Source: Escherichia phage TrudiRoth
DNA: 64,000 nucleotides
Sequence record: MZ501109
Reading direction: 5' to 3' (one strand)
In this document: positions 45,707-53,442 of the stretch, piece after piece
Position numbering within the stretch: the first letter of the stretch is position 1
Layout: the number at the start of each line of letters is the position of its first letter
The notes under the pieces: generated by a model
The model's database searches: none
Told to the model about the DNA's origin: nothing
What the model saw: the letters and a program-made list of their open reading frames with translations, nothing else
Program-made: the position numbers and the translations under genes

Positions 45707-45774
45707 CTCAACTGGATAAGAGTAGCGGACCTTTAATCCGTCAGTTCTGGGTTCGAATCCCAGGCAATCCACCA
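45697..45774 (+). tRNA. tRNA-Lys (anticodon UUU) with C at position 33
   Basis: Perfect acceptor ggattgc/gcaatcc, D-stem gctc/gagt, anticodon arm gcgga-ccUUUaa-tccgt, T-arm ctgggTTCGAATcccag, CCA. Confidence 0.6.
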
Positions 45775-45778
45775 AATT

Positions 45779-45852
45779 GCTCGGTTAGTTTAATGGGAGA
45801 ACCCCGTCTTTACACGGCGGTTGCGATAGTTCGATTCTATCACCGAGTACCA
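45779..45852 (+). tRNA. tRNA-Val (anticodon UAC)
   Basis: Acceptor gctcggt/accgagt, D-stem gttt/gaac, anticodon arm ccgtc-uuUACac-gacgg, T-arm gatagTTCGATTctatc, CCA. Confidence 0.7.
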
Positions 45853-45870
45853 CTCAACTAAAATAAGGAA

Positions 45871-46113
45871 TTGCAAATGCAATTATCATCTAAAGTTCAA
45901 GGTTTCTTCGCACATGCAACAGCAGAATTTGCTATTAGCAAGGGTTGGGATTTTGAGCAAGAACTTTCTGAGTTCTATAAAGATATAGATATGAATACGC
46001 CATACATGGGACTCTCCACTGGTCAAGAGATCACAGAAGGCGATGTGTTCAAGGCAAGTCAAGGTGAGGTAACACCTAGTTTTGCCGCTTTTTTGGAGTG
46101 GCTTCACAATTAA
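45871..46113 (+). CDS. hypothetical protein (80 aa)
   Basis: ORF track. Confidence 0.5.
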   Translation: MQMQLSSKVQGFFAHATAEFAISKGWDFEQELSEFYKDIDMNTPYMGLSTGQEITEGDVFKASQGEVTPSFAAFLEWLHN

Positions 46114-46222
46114 AGAAGAAGCTCCAGATGATGATGTATTTATGCAAAGCATGCACTCTGGGAGTTCTGATATGTTATTTGTTAAAGATGTACGACATAT
46201 CCAAGAAGTGGTAAAAACGCAG

Positions 46223-46251
46223 TTGCTTAATGCTTAATTTCTTGTTATAAT
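46223..46251 (+). promoter_or_regulatory. early-type sigma70 promoter followed by ~330 nt with no ORF, then tRNAs
   Basis: cagTTGCTTaatgcttaatttcttgtTATAATatttatataaattgatgcg. Confidence 0.6.
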
Positions 46252-46585
46252 ATTTATATAAATTGATGCGAAAATAGCTGCCTAGATACCAGGTGTATGA
46301 CGTCTACACTAGCAGAGCTACCGAAAAAGAGATCCTCAGGATAAACGTCGTAGCAAAATTAGTCTGGTATCCATTAATTTAGTTCACTAAGGTATTAGCT
46401 CGACCTAGGACTGGCTGCCAAAAAGCACGATCCCTACGATTTGGGAGAAGTTCTAGATTAGTCCACTAGATTCAGCGGCAACTGAATAGTGTATCGGGTT
46501 TGTGAAGAGCAGCTATTCTCTACTGGCTAATGTCTGAGGTTAGTACGCACACCGAGCTAATAGCCTTAGTAAACTTAAAGAATTT

Positions 46586-46661
46586 GGGCGAATAGTGTCA
46601 GCGGGAGCACACCAGACTTGCAAGTCTGGTAGGGAGGGTTCGAGTCTCTCTTTGTCCACCA
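46586..46661 (+). tRNA. non-canonical tRNA (GCA-containing anticodon arm; loop of 8 or 6 nt)
   Basis: Acceptor gggcgaa/tttgtcc, D-arm gtgt-cagcggga-gcac, anticodon arm is a perfect 18-nt palindrome ccagacttgcaagtctgg, T-arm gagggTTCGAGTctctc, CCA. Confidence 0.45.
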
Positions 46662-46676
46662 AATTAAAAAGAATGC

Positions 46677-46753
46677 GCGCGATTGACGGAATAGGTATAC
46701 GTGTCAGCCTTAGAAGTTGAATTTTGAGGGTTCGAATCCCTTGTCGCGCACCA
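46677..46753 (+). tRNA. tRNA with UAG anticodon (Leu-type) but short variable arm
   Basis: Perfect acceptor gcgcgat/gtcgcgc, anticodon arm tcagc-cuUAGaa-gttga, T-arm gagggTTCGAATccctt, A73, CCA. Confidence 0.5.
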
Positions 46754-46878
46754 AATTTGATGGTCAGAGTAAATTAAACCTACTATCTCGGTTGAGCTGT
46801 TTTAATGGATTCGAATCCCAGCGAGGCGTAACTGCCTGGCGTGATAGAGGCATCATTCCACTAACATTGGAAAAACTA

Positions 46879-47109
46879 ATGAAACGAAAATTAAAAAAGT
46901 CTTATATAATTAAGATAAATAAGCTACGAAGTAGGGCAAAAGGATGGCCACTTCGAATATTAATTGCGGATAACCATATTAGATACCATGCGGAACAACA
47001 TCATTACAAACAGTGGGAGTCATACTGTCGCTCAAAAGCAGGTCGTTTAGATGGATCTTATGAGCTTCTATTTGGTAAGAAGCCTACTAGATTAGCTTTA
47101 GGTAAGTAA
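46879..47109 (+). CDS. small basic protein (about 76 aa)
   Basis: Track ORF 46717..47109 truncated to internal ATG because its 5' part overlaps tRNA/tRNA-like sequence. Confidence 0.4.
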   Translation: MKRKLKKSYIIKINKLRSRAKGWPLRILIADNHIRYHAEQHHYKQWESYCRSKAGRLDGSYELLFGKKPTRLALGK

Positions 47110-47114
47110 TACTT

Positions 47115-47208
47115 GGAAAAGCAAATAGACTGGCGACTAAACCCGATTGGAAATCGGTTGAGTAATAGCAATATTGCCTTATGGGTTCAACTCCCATCTT
47201 TTCCGCCA
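47115..47208 (+). tRNA. tRNA-Ser (anticodon GGA), long variable arm
   Basis: Perfect acceptor ggaaaag/cttttcc, anticodon arm ccga-uuGGAaa-tcgg, T-arm atgggTTCAACTcccat, CCA. Confidence 0.7.
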
Positions 47209-47223
47209 AATATTGGAGTATAG

Positions 47224-47739
47224 ATGCTAACACAACAAGAATTAAAATCCGTGTTGTTATATAAACCAGATACTGGAGAGTTTTTCTGGAAATATAGATC
47301 TGATTTAGATAGTCAATGGAATAGTAAATATGCTGGAACTAGGGCAGGATTTATTAATGAACTAGGCTATTGGAAGATAACTCTAGGAAATACTAGCTGG
47401 TTAGCACATCGTCTAGCATTCTTATACATGACTGGGGAAATACCAGATCTAATTGACCACAAGGATCAAGATAAGTCCAATACTAAATGGGATAACTTAC
47501 GAATAGCCACTGTATCACAGAATCAGGCTAATGCTAAATTAAGGGTAGATAATACCTCTGGGTACAAAAATGTAACTTGGCATAAGCAAAGAAATAAGTG
47601 GAAAGTAGAAGTACGTAAAGATGGCAAACTCCATTATGGTGGACTTTTTACAGAACTAGATAAAGCTGTAAATAAAGCTAATAATCTTAGACGTGAGTTA
47701 TTCGGGGAATTTGCAGTATATGAAGAGTTTATGGGGTAG
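47224..47739 (+). CDS. HNH-AP2 homing endonuclease (paralog); 3' end overlaps tRNA-Ser
   Basis: HRLAFLYMTGEIPDLIDHKDQDKSNTKWDNLRIATVSQNQAN and AP2-like SGYKNVTWHKQRNKWKVEVRKDGK. Confidence 0.75.
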   Translation: MLTQQELKSVLLYKPDTGEFFWKYRSDLDSQWNSKYAGTRAGFINELGYWKITLGNTSWLAHRLAFLYMTGEIPDLIDHKDQDKSNTKWDNLRIATVSQNQANAKLRVDNTSGYKNVTWHKQRNKWKVEVRKDGKLHYGGLFTELDKAVNKANNLRRELFGEFAVYEEFMG

Positions 47740-47829
47740 GTCAATCCAACGGCTGGCGCTGGACTCCGACTTGAAATCGGTTGATCGTAGTGATACGGTG
47801 TAAGGGTTCGATCCCCTTACCTACCTCCA
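47735..47829 (+). tRNA. tRNA-Ser (anticodon UGA), long variable arm
   Basis: Perfect acceptor ggtaggt/acctacc, D-stem tcca/tgga, anticodon arm ccga-cuUGAaa-tcgg, T-arm aagggTTCGATCccctt, CCA. Confidence 0.7.
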
Positions 47830-47849
47830 ATTAACTATAAGGAATCCTT

Positions 47850-48023
47850 ATGAGCAAAACAGCTACTGTAACAATGAAGGATGGTACAAAATTTAAAGCA
47901 TGTCTTCATGAAACAGATAATGGATGGAAGGCTTATTTGCCACACCTAGATTCCACTGGGTATGGAATGACCCAACGTGAAGCTATTGTTGATGCTTTAA
48001 ATGAGGCTTCCGCTGGTTTATAA
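47850..48023 (+). CDS. small ORF (57 aa), below ORF-track threshold
   Basis: Own translation MSKTATVTMKDGTKFKACLHETDNGWKAY...; RBS taaggaatcc. Confidence 0.35.
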   Translation: MSKTATVTMKDGTKFKACLHETDNGWKAYLPHLDSTGYGMTQREAIVDALNEASAGL

Positions 48024-48029
48024 AAATTC

Positions 48030-48160
48030 TTGGAATATGCCGGAATTGGTAGACGGGACTGCCGAATAGGTTTACTAGGAACATCCACTCCTAGAAATAT
48101 ACCTTAAAAGCGGTTGAGTTAAATGGTATAACTCATGAAGGTTCAAGTCCTTCTATTCCT
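48030..48160 (+). tRNA. tRNA-Leu(UAA)-like gene (type II) with ~40-nt insertion in the anticodon arm; 131 nt, no encoded CCA
   Basis: Acceptor tggaata/tattcct (6 of 7 bp), UG at 8-9, Leu-type D-arm ccg-GAATTGGTAGA-cgg, stem actgc(48057-61)/gcggt(48109-13) separated by 47 nt ending in cuUAAaa, 6-bp variable hairpin, T-arm gaaggTTCAAGTccttc. Confidence 0.4.
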
Positions 48161-48282
48161 TGATACATCAATGGCTCAAAGTGTAACGGTGCTATTTGAT
48201 GCTCTTGGCAAGACTTCCCCGACATGCGTTCGGGAGTAAGCTGCTAAGACTAGAGTAGAAGAGTTTCAACAAGACAACGATA

Positions 48283-48357
48283 GCTCTTAAAGCATTGCTG
48301 GCGATGCAGTTGCCTTGTAAGCATCTGAACCGGGTTCGATTCCTAGTGGGAGCACCA
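48283..48357 (+). tRNA. tRNA-Thr (anticodon UGU)
   Basis: Acceptor gctctta/tgggagc, D-stem gcat/atgc, anticodon arm gttgc-cuUGUaa-gcatc, T-arm ccgggTTCGATTcctag, CCA. Confidence 0.6.
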
Positions 48358-48373
48358 AAATTAAAAAATTCAT

Positions 48374-48402
48374 TTGCCTTCTCTCTTATTTCTTGTTATT
48401 AT
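48374..48402 (+). promoter_or_regulatory. sigma70 promoter (TTGCCT-17-TATTAT)
   Basis: ttcatTTGCCTtctctcttatttcttgtTATTATatttatataaattaatgagaggg. Confidence 0.55.
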
Positions 48403-48432
48403 ATTTATATAAATTAATGAGAGGGAAACCAA

Positions 48433-48726
48433 ATGAAACGTTATCTTTCTGTTATGTTCCAAACTGGTGGTCAACGCTATACTTATGAATTTCCATCTTC
48501 TTGGAAGATCAAAGAAGGTGATCAAGTAGTAGTGTTAACACCGCGTGATGGTTTCAAGGTAGTAACGGTTAAGCAAGTATTTCCAAAAGATCACGAACCA
48601 TCTAAGGCTATTCAGTACAAGATGATTCATGGTCTGGTACGAAAAGTACCTAGAACAGAAGTCGAAGTAGATAAAACTGGGGAAGCTAAATACCAGTATA
48701 CCTCTTACTTAGACGAGTTGTTATAA
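48433..48726 (+). CDS. hypothetical protein (97 aa)
   Basis: ORF track, promoter and RBS. Confidence 0.55.
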   Translation: MKRYLSVMFQTGGQRYTYEFPSSWKIKEGDQVVVLTPRDGFKVVTVKQVFPKDHEPSKAIQYKMIHGLVRKVPRTEVEVDKTGEAKYQYTSYLDELL

Positions 48727-48932
48727 TGGGAATTACTTTCACAGAAAAGATTATGGGCAATGGTGTTATGATCATTACCGCATGGGATGGTAATCAGTGG
48801 TGTAGTGTTTCAGGTATTAAGCCTGAAGAACAAACACTAGAAAATATCTCAAAGATTAAGCGAAGAATGGCAGAACGTGCACGACTTCCAGGTGCGCCTA
48901 GAAATGGTAAACGTTCTGCAATTAAATGTTAA
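48726..48932 (+). CDS. hypothetical protein (68 aa)
   Basis: ORF track. Confidence 0.5.
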   Translation: MGITFTEKIMGNGVMIITAWDGNQWCSVSGIKPEEQTLENISKIKRRMAERARLPGAPRNGKRSAIKC

Positions 48933-48934
48933 TG

Positions 48935-49011
48935 CTTCGGTAGCTTAGCGATCTAAAGCACTCGGCTGATAACCGAGAGATCGGGGGTTTAAATCCCTCC
49001 CGGAGTACCAA
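48935..49011 (+). tRNA. tRNA-Ile (anticodon GAU)
   Basis: Acceptor gcttcgg/ccggagt, D-stem gctt/aagc, anticodon arm ctcgg-cuGAUaa-ccgag, T-arm gggggTTTAAATccctc, CCA. Confidence 0.7.
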
Positions 49012-49104
49012 ATTTAGGAAGTAAGACTATGCGTCCAGGAAAGTTTAAAAAAAAAAAAAAGCTAATTGGTCTAAAGAGTATAAAGAATATTTACTTAGTC
49101 TAGT

Positions 49105-49180
49105 AAAACATAATAGTTAGTTGGCAGAGTGGTTATGCACCTCCTTCATACGGAGCGACTACAGTGGTTCAAATCCACTA
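49105..49180 (+). tRNA. tRNA with CAU anticodon (Met/fMet/Ile2)
   Basis: Perfect acceptor agttagt/actaact, anticodon arm ctcc-uuCAUac-ggag, T-arm agtggTTCAAATccact, CCA. Confidence 0.6.
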
Positions 49181-49228
49181 CTAACTACCATAAAAAAGAG
49201 CTAGAGATAGCTAAATATAGGAGCAAGT

Positions 49229-49423
49229 GTGTTAACTGTTAAAATAATGTCTGCAAATGGTGGTGAAGAAATTCATGATGGTAATAGCGTAGGATTTAAT
49301 CCTAAAAATAAGAGTATTCATGTCTCGGGATTAGATCAAGCCATATTCCTAAAAGAGGATGAAGTCGCCTACGTTATGAATCAGAACGGTAAAACAGTTT
49401 CTGTTTACTACGGTAAGCTGTAA
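49229..49423 (+). CDS. hypothetical protein (64 aa)
   Basis: ORF track. Confidence 0.5.
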   Translation: MLTVKIMSANGGEEIHDGNSVGFNPKNKSIHVSGLDQAIFLKEDEVAYVMNQNGKTVSVYYGKL

Positions 49424-49521
49424 AGAACAGAGGATCAGGTCATTGTACCAGATCCTGCTGAGAAGAGAGTCCACATTCTATAAATGGCCGGGCGTGACAG
49501 CAGGAAGTAGACTGCAACTCC

Positions 49522-49752
49522 ATGCTATCCAGGAGTATAAATGTAGAAGCTAAGACTTTAGATAGCCATTGTCTTAGCGTGAGCAATCACGTAGTTGCAA
49601 CAGACCTGGAAGATCGCAACGTTAAAATCAAAGCTCCTGTGCTTATTAAACTGAATGGGACTATCAATCCACAAGCCGGACTACGAGCGATTATCGGGTA
49701 TTCACTTAATAAGCAAGCCTGCCTTCCAGTTTTTATCTTGCTTCTGGGTTAA
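49522..49752 (+). CDS. hypothetical protein (76 aa), weak
   Basis: ORF track only. Confidence 0.3.
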   Translation: MLSRSINVEAKTLDSHCLSVSNHVVATDLEDRNVKIKAPVLIKLNGTINPQAGLRAIIGYSLNKQACLPVFILLLG

Positions 49753-49790
49753 CAAAAAGCTGAGCCAAATTCTAACATCAGGGAGATCTA

Positions 49791-50159
49791 ATGAAAGCAT
49801 ATCAAAGTCTTAAGTCTGGCGTAATTAACATTGTTCATAACAATCAGATCATTCAACTATATTCTAAAGATGGTGAACTTAAACAGAAAGTTCTAGTCGA
49901 AGATCTAGAAGGTATCACACCTCACTTTGACCCTGAGGCCTTTCGCATTGTAGATGTGGAAGTGGTTCCTCAAGTCGAGGGTGGTCAGCACCTAAATGTC
50001 AATGTGTTAAGCCGTGATCAGCTTTTGGATGCACAGAAACATCCTGAAAAATATCCTCAGTTGACCATCCGTGTCTCTGGCTATGCTGTTCGATTTAACG
50101 CATTGACGCGTGAACAACAGAACGACGTTATTAGTCGTACATTTACTCAGGCGATATAA
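49791..50159 (+). CDS. grcA: autonomous glycyl-radical cofactor (GrcA/YfiD-like)
   Basis: [11 protein letters not shown]...[36 protein letters not shown] closely matches E. coli GrcA as I recall it, including glycyl-radical motif RVSGYAV. Confidence 0.85.
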   Translation: MKAYQSLKSGVINIVHNNQIIQLYSKDGELKQKVLVEDLEGITPHFDPEAFRIVDVEVVPQVEGGQHLNVNVLSRDQLLDAQKHPEKYPQLTIRVSGYAVRFNALTREQQNDVISRTFTQAI

Positions 50160-50240
50160 TGGGGTTTGGATACGATTTCTCCCAGCTACGCAAGGTAGTC
50201 GAGCAAACTCCATTTATCTCCCAAGTTTTAGGAGAAATGT

Positions 50241-50540
50241 GTGGATCGAGCATTAAGACGCCATCACCGGCAACGTGTGAAAAACAATCGCAAAAAGTAT
50301 TGGACAGTCTTCCCACATGAAGAAAGTCCTAAGCGGTTAGGCATTATCACTACCACTCCTTGCATCTGTTCTTGTTGGATGTGTGGGAATCCTCGCAAAT
50401 ACTATAAGAATAGTAAAGCAGGCATGAAAATCTCGGAGATTAAAAAGATGGATGCAATGATTATGGGCATCACCTTTACAGGTGGTATCTCTGATGAATT
50501 CGACGGTTTTGTAACTCAGGATATTGTCGAAATTATCTAA
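50241..50540 (+). CDS. hypothetical Cys-rich protein (99 aa)
   Basis: ORF track. Confidence 0.45.
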   Translation: MDRALRRHHRQRVKNNRKKYWTVFPHEESPKRLGIITTTPCICSCWMCGNPRKYYKNSKAGMKISEIKKMDAMIMGITFTGGISDEFDGFVTQDIVEII

Positions 50541-50550
50541 TTAATAATAA

Positions 50551-50587
50551 ACCCCAGCTATTGAATAGGTAGTCTGGGGTTTTCTTG
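50551..50587 (+). terminator. Rho-independent terminator
   Basis: 7-bp stem accccag/ctggggt, then tttcttg. Confidence 0.55.
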
Positions 50588-50604
50588 TATGTAGGATTTT
50601 CGAA

Positions 50605-50790
50605 ATGAAAATTTTTAAAGTGAACTATAGCGGCCTGTGGTTAGGTGGTACAGCTATTGTCGTTGCAGAAACTGCAGAAGAAGCAATCGAACTGACTAGA
50701 AACCATAGAAGTTCTATAGAATTCGAGGATGTGACAGTAGAAGAACTCCCGAGCAGTGGGGTAGTATACAACAACAACGGAGATTACTGA
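50605..50790 (+). CDS. hypothetical protein (61 aa)
   Basis: ORF track. Confidence 0.45.
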   Translation: MKIFKVNYSGLWLGGTAIVVAETAEEAIELTRNHRSSIEFEDVTVEELPSSGVVYNNNGDY

Positions 50791-50848
50791 TGTTATATTT
50801 TGAAGTTCGCCCACATTAAGTTAATTTAAAAGACTTAATGGAGGTAAT

Positions 50849-51244
50849 ATGAGCCGTACATATCGTAAACAATCTGGTGATCGTCACTGGCGTGATGCAC
50901 ATCGTTCTACTTATAATTTTCATAGCACTAATATCCGTATTCCGTATACCTACACGGATAGGGATGGTAAGCAGTGGAAGTATTATCAAGTTCGATCCAA
51001 TGAAGCATGGGCTAAAACTTGGGATGAAATTGAGAAGGAGATTCAGGAAAATATCATCCGTAACGAGAAGAAAGATGGGCACTGGTGGGATTCTGTTAGT
51101 AGGAATGTTAAGTGGCATTCTAACAAAATGGTTCGTCAGGGAAACCGTCGCGAACTTCATCGTGTGATGAAAGATCCAGAAAATTACGACTATAATCGCG
51201 ATCATGATCTGCGTAAGCGTGGGTTATGGTGGTGCTACGACTAA
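50849..51244 (+). CDS. hypothetical basic protein (131 aa)
   Basis: ORF track; RBS ggaggt. Confidence 0.5.
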   Translation: MSRTYRKQSGDRHWRDAHRSTYNFHSTNIRIPYTYTDRDGKQWKYYQVRSNEAWAKTWDEIEKEIQENIIRNEKKDGHWWDSVSRNVKWHSNKMVRQGNRRELHRVMKDPENYDYNRDHDLRKRGLWWCYD

Positions 51245-51261
51245 TTTCGTAAATAATTCAT

Positions 51262-51290
51262 TTGCTAAAACCCTCTCCTTTTGATATAAT
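51262..51290 (+). promoter_or_regulatory. early-type sigma70 promoter (TTGCTA-17-TATAAT)
   Basis: ttcatTTGCTAaaaccctctccttttgaTATAATatttatataaattgatgagaggg. Confidence 0.6.
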
Positions 51291-51320
51291 ATTTATATAA
51301 ATTGATGAGAGGGCTTTGAA

Positions 51321-51593
51321 ATGAAAGAAGCAGAAATTAATGAAATGGCTAGAATATTCATCGTTTCCTATATGCAAGGCAGTTGCAATAGTTTATTCGA
51401 GTCTGCTATAGTATTTCAGGAAATGTTAGCCGAGAAAGGCGTACATATGGAAGATACTGAAATTGAAGATCTTCTAATGGAAACTTGTAGTAGTGCTGAA
51501 GTCTTCCAGTGTGGTAACTGTAATTGGTGGTGTCCAGAGCATGATCGTTCTGAAGAAGGTTCCTACTGTTCCGATTGTGAAGGAGAAGAATAA
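51321..51593 (+). CDS. hypothetical Cys-rich protein (90 aa)
   Basis: ORF track. Confidence 0.5.
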   Translation: MKEAEINEMARIFIVSYMQGSCNSLFESAIVFQEMLAEKGVHMEDTEIEDLLMETCSSAEVFQCGNCNWWCPEHDRSEEGSYCSDCEGEE

Positions 51594-51892
51594 TGAATAA
51601 GTTTATTATTGCTCTAGTAATTTCAGCAGTTAGTTTCGGTTCTCTGGCATCTACCAAAGTTTCTATGAAAAATGGTAATGTTAAAGTTCAGCAGAATGGC
51701 ATTACCACCGAATATGGTAAAGTACGTGATGTAAAAGAACGTAATGGCAAAGTAGAAATATATACTAATAAAAACTTCTCTACTCCGGCTGTTACTGTTA
51801 GTAAACGTGGTGAAATCACTACTCAACGTACTAATAGTTCTGATTCTTTTACTTGCCGTTATGACTGCGGCTTTGAAGGTGAAGATGAGTAA
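51593..51892 (+). CDS. secreted small protein (99 aa)
   Basis: N-terminal signal-like MNKFIIALVISAVSFGSLAS. Confidence 0.5.
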   Translation: MNKFIIALVISAVSFGSLASTKVSMKNGNVKVQQNGITTEYGKVRDVKERNGKVEIYTNKNFSTPAVTVSKRGEITTQRTNSSDSFTCRYDCGFEGEDE

Positions 51893-52304
51893 TTTAGACC
51901 CTAGAATTAAACATGCAGTCGAAGAAATCCAAGATCAGATAGATGAGGACTTCACTGTTTGGTCAAGATTTGGCAATGGTGAAGGCTGTCAGCTTTATAG
52001 CATGAAAATGGGCATCTCGATTGAACTTAGTATCAATCCAGAGGGCAACGTAGAAGCCCAACCCATGTTCAGTGTTCCAGGCTTCTCTGGATTTGTTATG
52101 GGCATGAAACTATGTCTACCAAATAAACATCTTTACCGTGTTATCTGTCAGCTAGAAACAATTAAACATTTCTTGCCAGAAGATAACATTAATGACTACT
52201 ATCATGAAGTTGTAGCAGCTTACATGATGAAAGAACGCAAACGTCGGAGAGAAGAACGTGAAAGAGCTAAATCTCAACAGTCTAGTACAGATTCCAGCAA
52301 CTGA
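51885..52304 (+). CDS. hypothetical protein (about 139 aa)
   Basis: Track ORF 51807..52304; start moved to ATG 51885 to avoid long overlap. Confidence 0.5.
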   Translation: MSNLDPRIKHAVEEIQDQIDEDFTVWSRFGNGEGCQLYSMKMGISIELSINPEGNVEAQPMFSVPGFSGFVMGMKLCLPNKHLYRVICQLETIKHFLPEDNINDYYHEVVAAYMMKERKRRREERERAKSQQSSTDSSN

Positions 52305-52551
52305 TGCTGTACTAGAATATCTTAGAAAGGATCATGTTAAATTCTGGACTGATTATAGCTACGAGCATAACTCAGATTTAGCTACTGATTTTGCAAATAA
52401 ACGAATAGCTGAGTATACAGATCCTAGAGTTAAGAATGGTGTGATTACTTTACCACTTTGGGATGTGATGGAAAAGTTTGGTAAAGATTTGTGCCCAGGT
52501 TGTGTACCATTGTTTGTTACTATTCTAATTGATGAAAAGGATCTTAAATGA
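52258..52551 (+). CDS. hypothetical protein (97 aa, GTG start)
   Basis: ORF track. Confidence 0.4.
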   Translation: MKELNLNSLVQIPATDAVLEYLRKDHVKFWTDYSYEHNSDLATDFANKRIAEYTDPRVKNGVITLPLWDVMEKFGKDLCPGCVPLFVTILIDEKDLK

Positions 52552-52832
52552 TTATCTCTCCATTTGCTTTGTGGTTTGTTATTGGTGCAGTTGTCGCGAT
52601 TTACAGCCTGATTGATGATCTGTATATCTCTAAAAATAAAGATGTTATTCTTTATGTTATAAACAAATATCGTCCACCAGAATTAGCAGAATTTGACAAT
52701 GAAAAGATGTTCAAATTCATTATGTCAGGTATGCTTATCATGGACACCTTGTTCGGGCCAGTAGCTACTTACTTCTTCTTCCGTAAAACTCGTAAGATGA
52801 AAAAGTTTCGCGCTGAAATGCAGAGCAAGTAA
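52548..52832 (+). CDS. small membrane protein (94 aa)
   Basis: Two hydrophobic helices. Confidence 0.5.
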   Translation: MIISPFALWFVIGAVVAIYSLIDDLYISKNKDVILYVINKYRPPELAEFDNEKMFKFIMSGMLIMDTLFGPVATYFFFRKTRKMKKFRAEMQSK

Positions 52833-52907
52833 AGAACTCGCGTAGGACCGAGTTGCGTCACCTGCAACTGTTACGGATAAGGGAGTCGTGCCCCTTTAGT
52901 GCGGTAA

Positions 52908-53297
52908 GTGGTGAGTTGGTCGCTGACCTCAACTTTAACTGGAGATATCATGAGCTTTATTTTATTCAGTGTAGCAGCATGGTTTATTATTGGTTTAGGC
53001 TATGCTATTGCAGTTATTCGTCATCTGGATGAATATTCTGCTGAATGGTTTATTAAGTACCTACGTTTAGACGATCGAGAACACGAGTTCGACAGTGCTG
53101 AGGAAAGACAGGCTGTCCAGTCAATGACTCCCAAAGAATGCTTGCTTTACATGCGTGTAATTGGTTTCTTTGGACTGTTGGTAGTGGGGCCGCTAGGTCT
53201 TACTATTGCTCCCTACAAAGAAGTTGTTGACGACATTAAACTATGGAGAACCGCTGGATCGCTACGTCGTGCTAGAGAATTAAGTAAACAAGAGTGA
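52908..53297 (+). CDS. membrane protein (129 aa)
   Basis: Hydrophobic helices. Confidence 0.5.
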   Translation: MVSWSLTSTLTGDIMSFILFSVAAWFIIGLGYAIAVIRHLDEYSAEWFIKYLRLDDREHEFDSAEERQAVQSMTPKECLLYMRVIGFFGLLVVGPLGLTIAPYKEVVDDIKLWRTAGSLRRARELSKQE

Positions 53298-53382
53298 TGA
53301 TAATCACCTCCTAGCAAGAATAATAATGACAAAGCCCAGCCTGCAATTTTGCGACTGGGCTATTTTTGTAATAAAATTTCAG

Positions 53383-53411
53383 TTGCTCAGATGCCACAAG
53401 TATTGTATAAT
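53383..53411 (+). promoter_or_regulatory. sigma70 promoter (TTGCTC-17-TATAAT)
   Basis: tcagTTGCTCagatgccacaagtattgTATAATatgtttatagattgaggc. Confidence 0.55.
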
Positions 53412-53442
53412 ATGTTTATAGATTGAGGCAAAAGGATAATTT

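Noticed and set aside
46717-46878. N-terminal extension of the 130-aa track ORF
   Set aside because: Overlaps the end of a tRNA and a tRNA-like hairpin; a start at 46879 is more plausible.
48062-48101. Group I intron in the tRNA-Leu-like gene
   Set aside because: The insertion is ~40 nt, far below the size of any self-splicing group I intron; its nature is left open.
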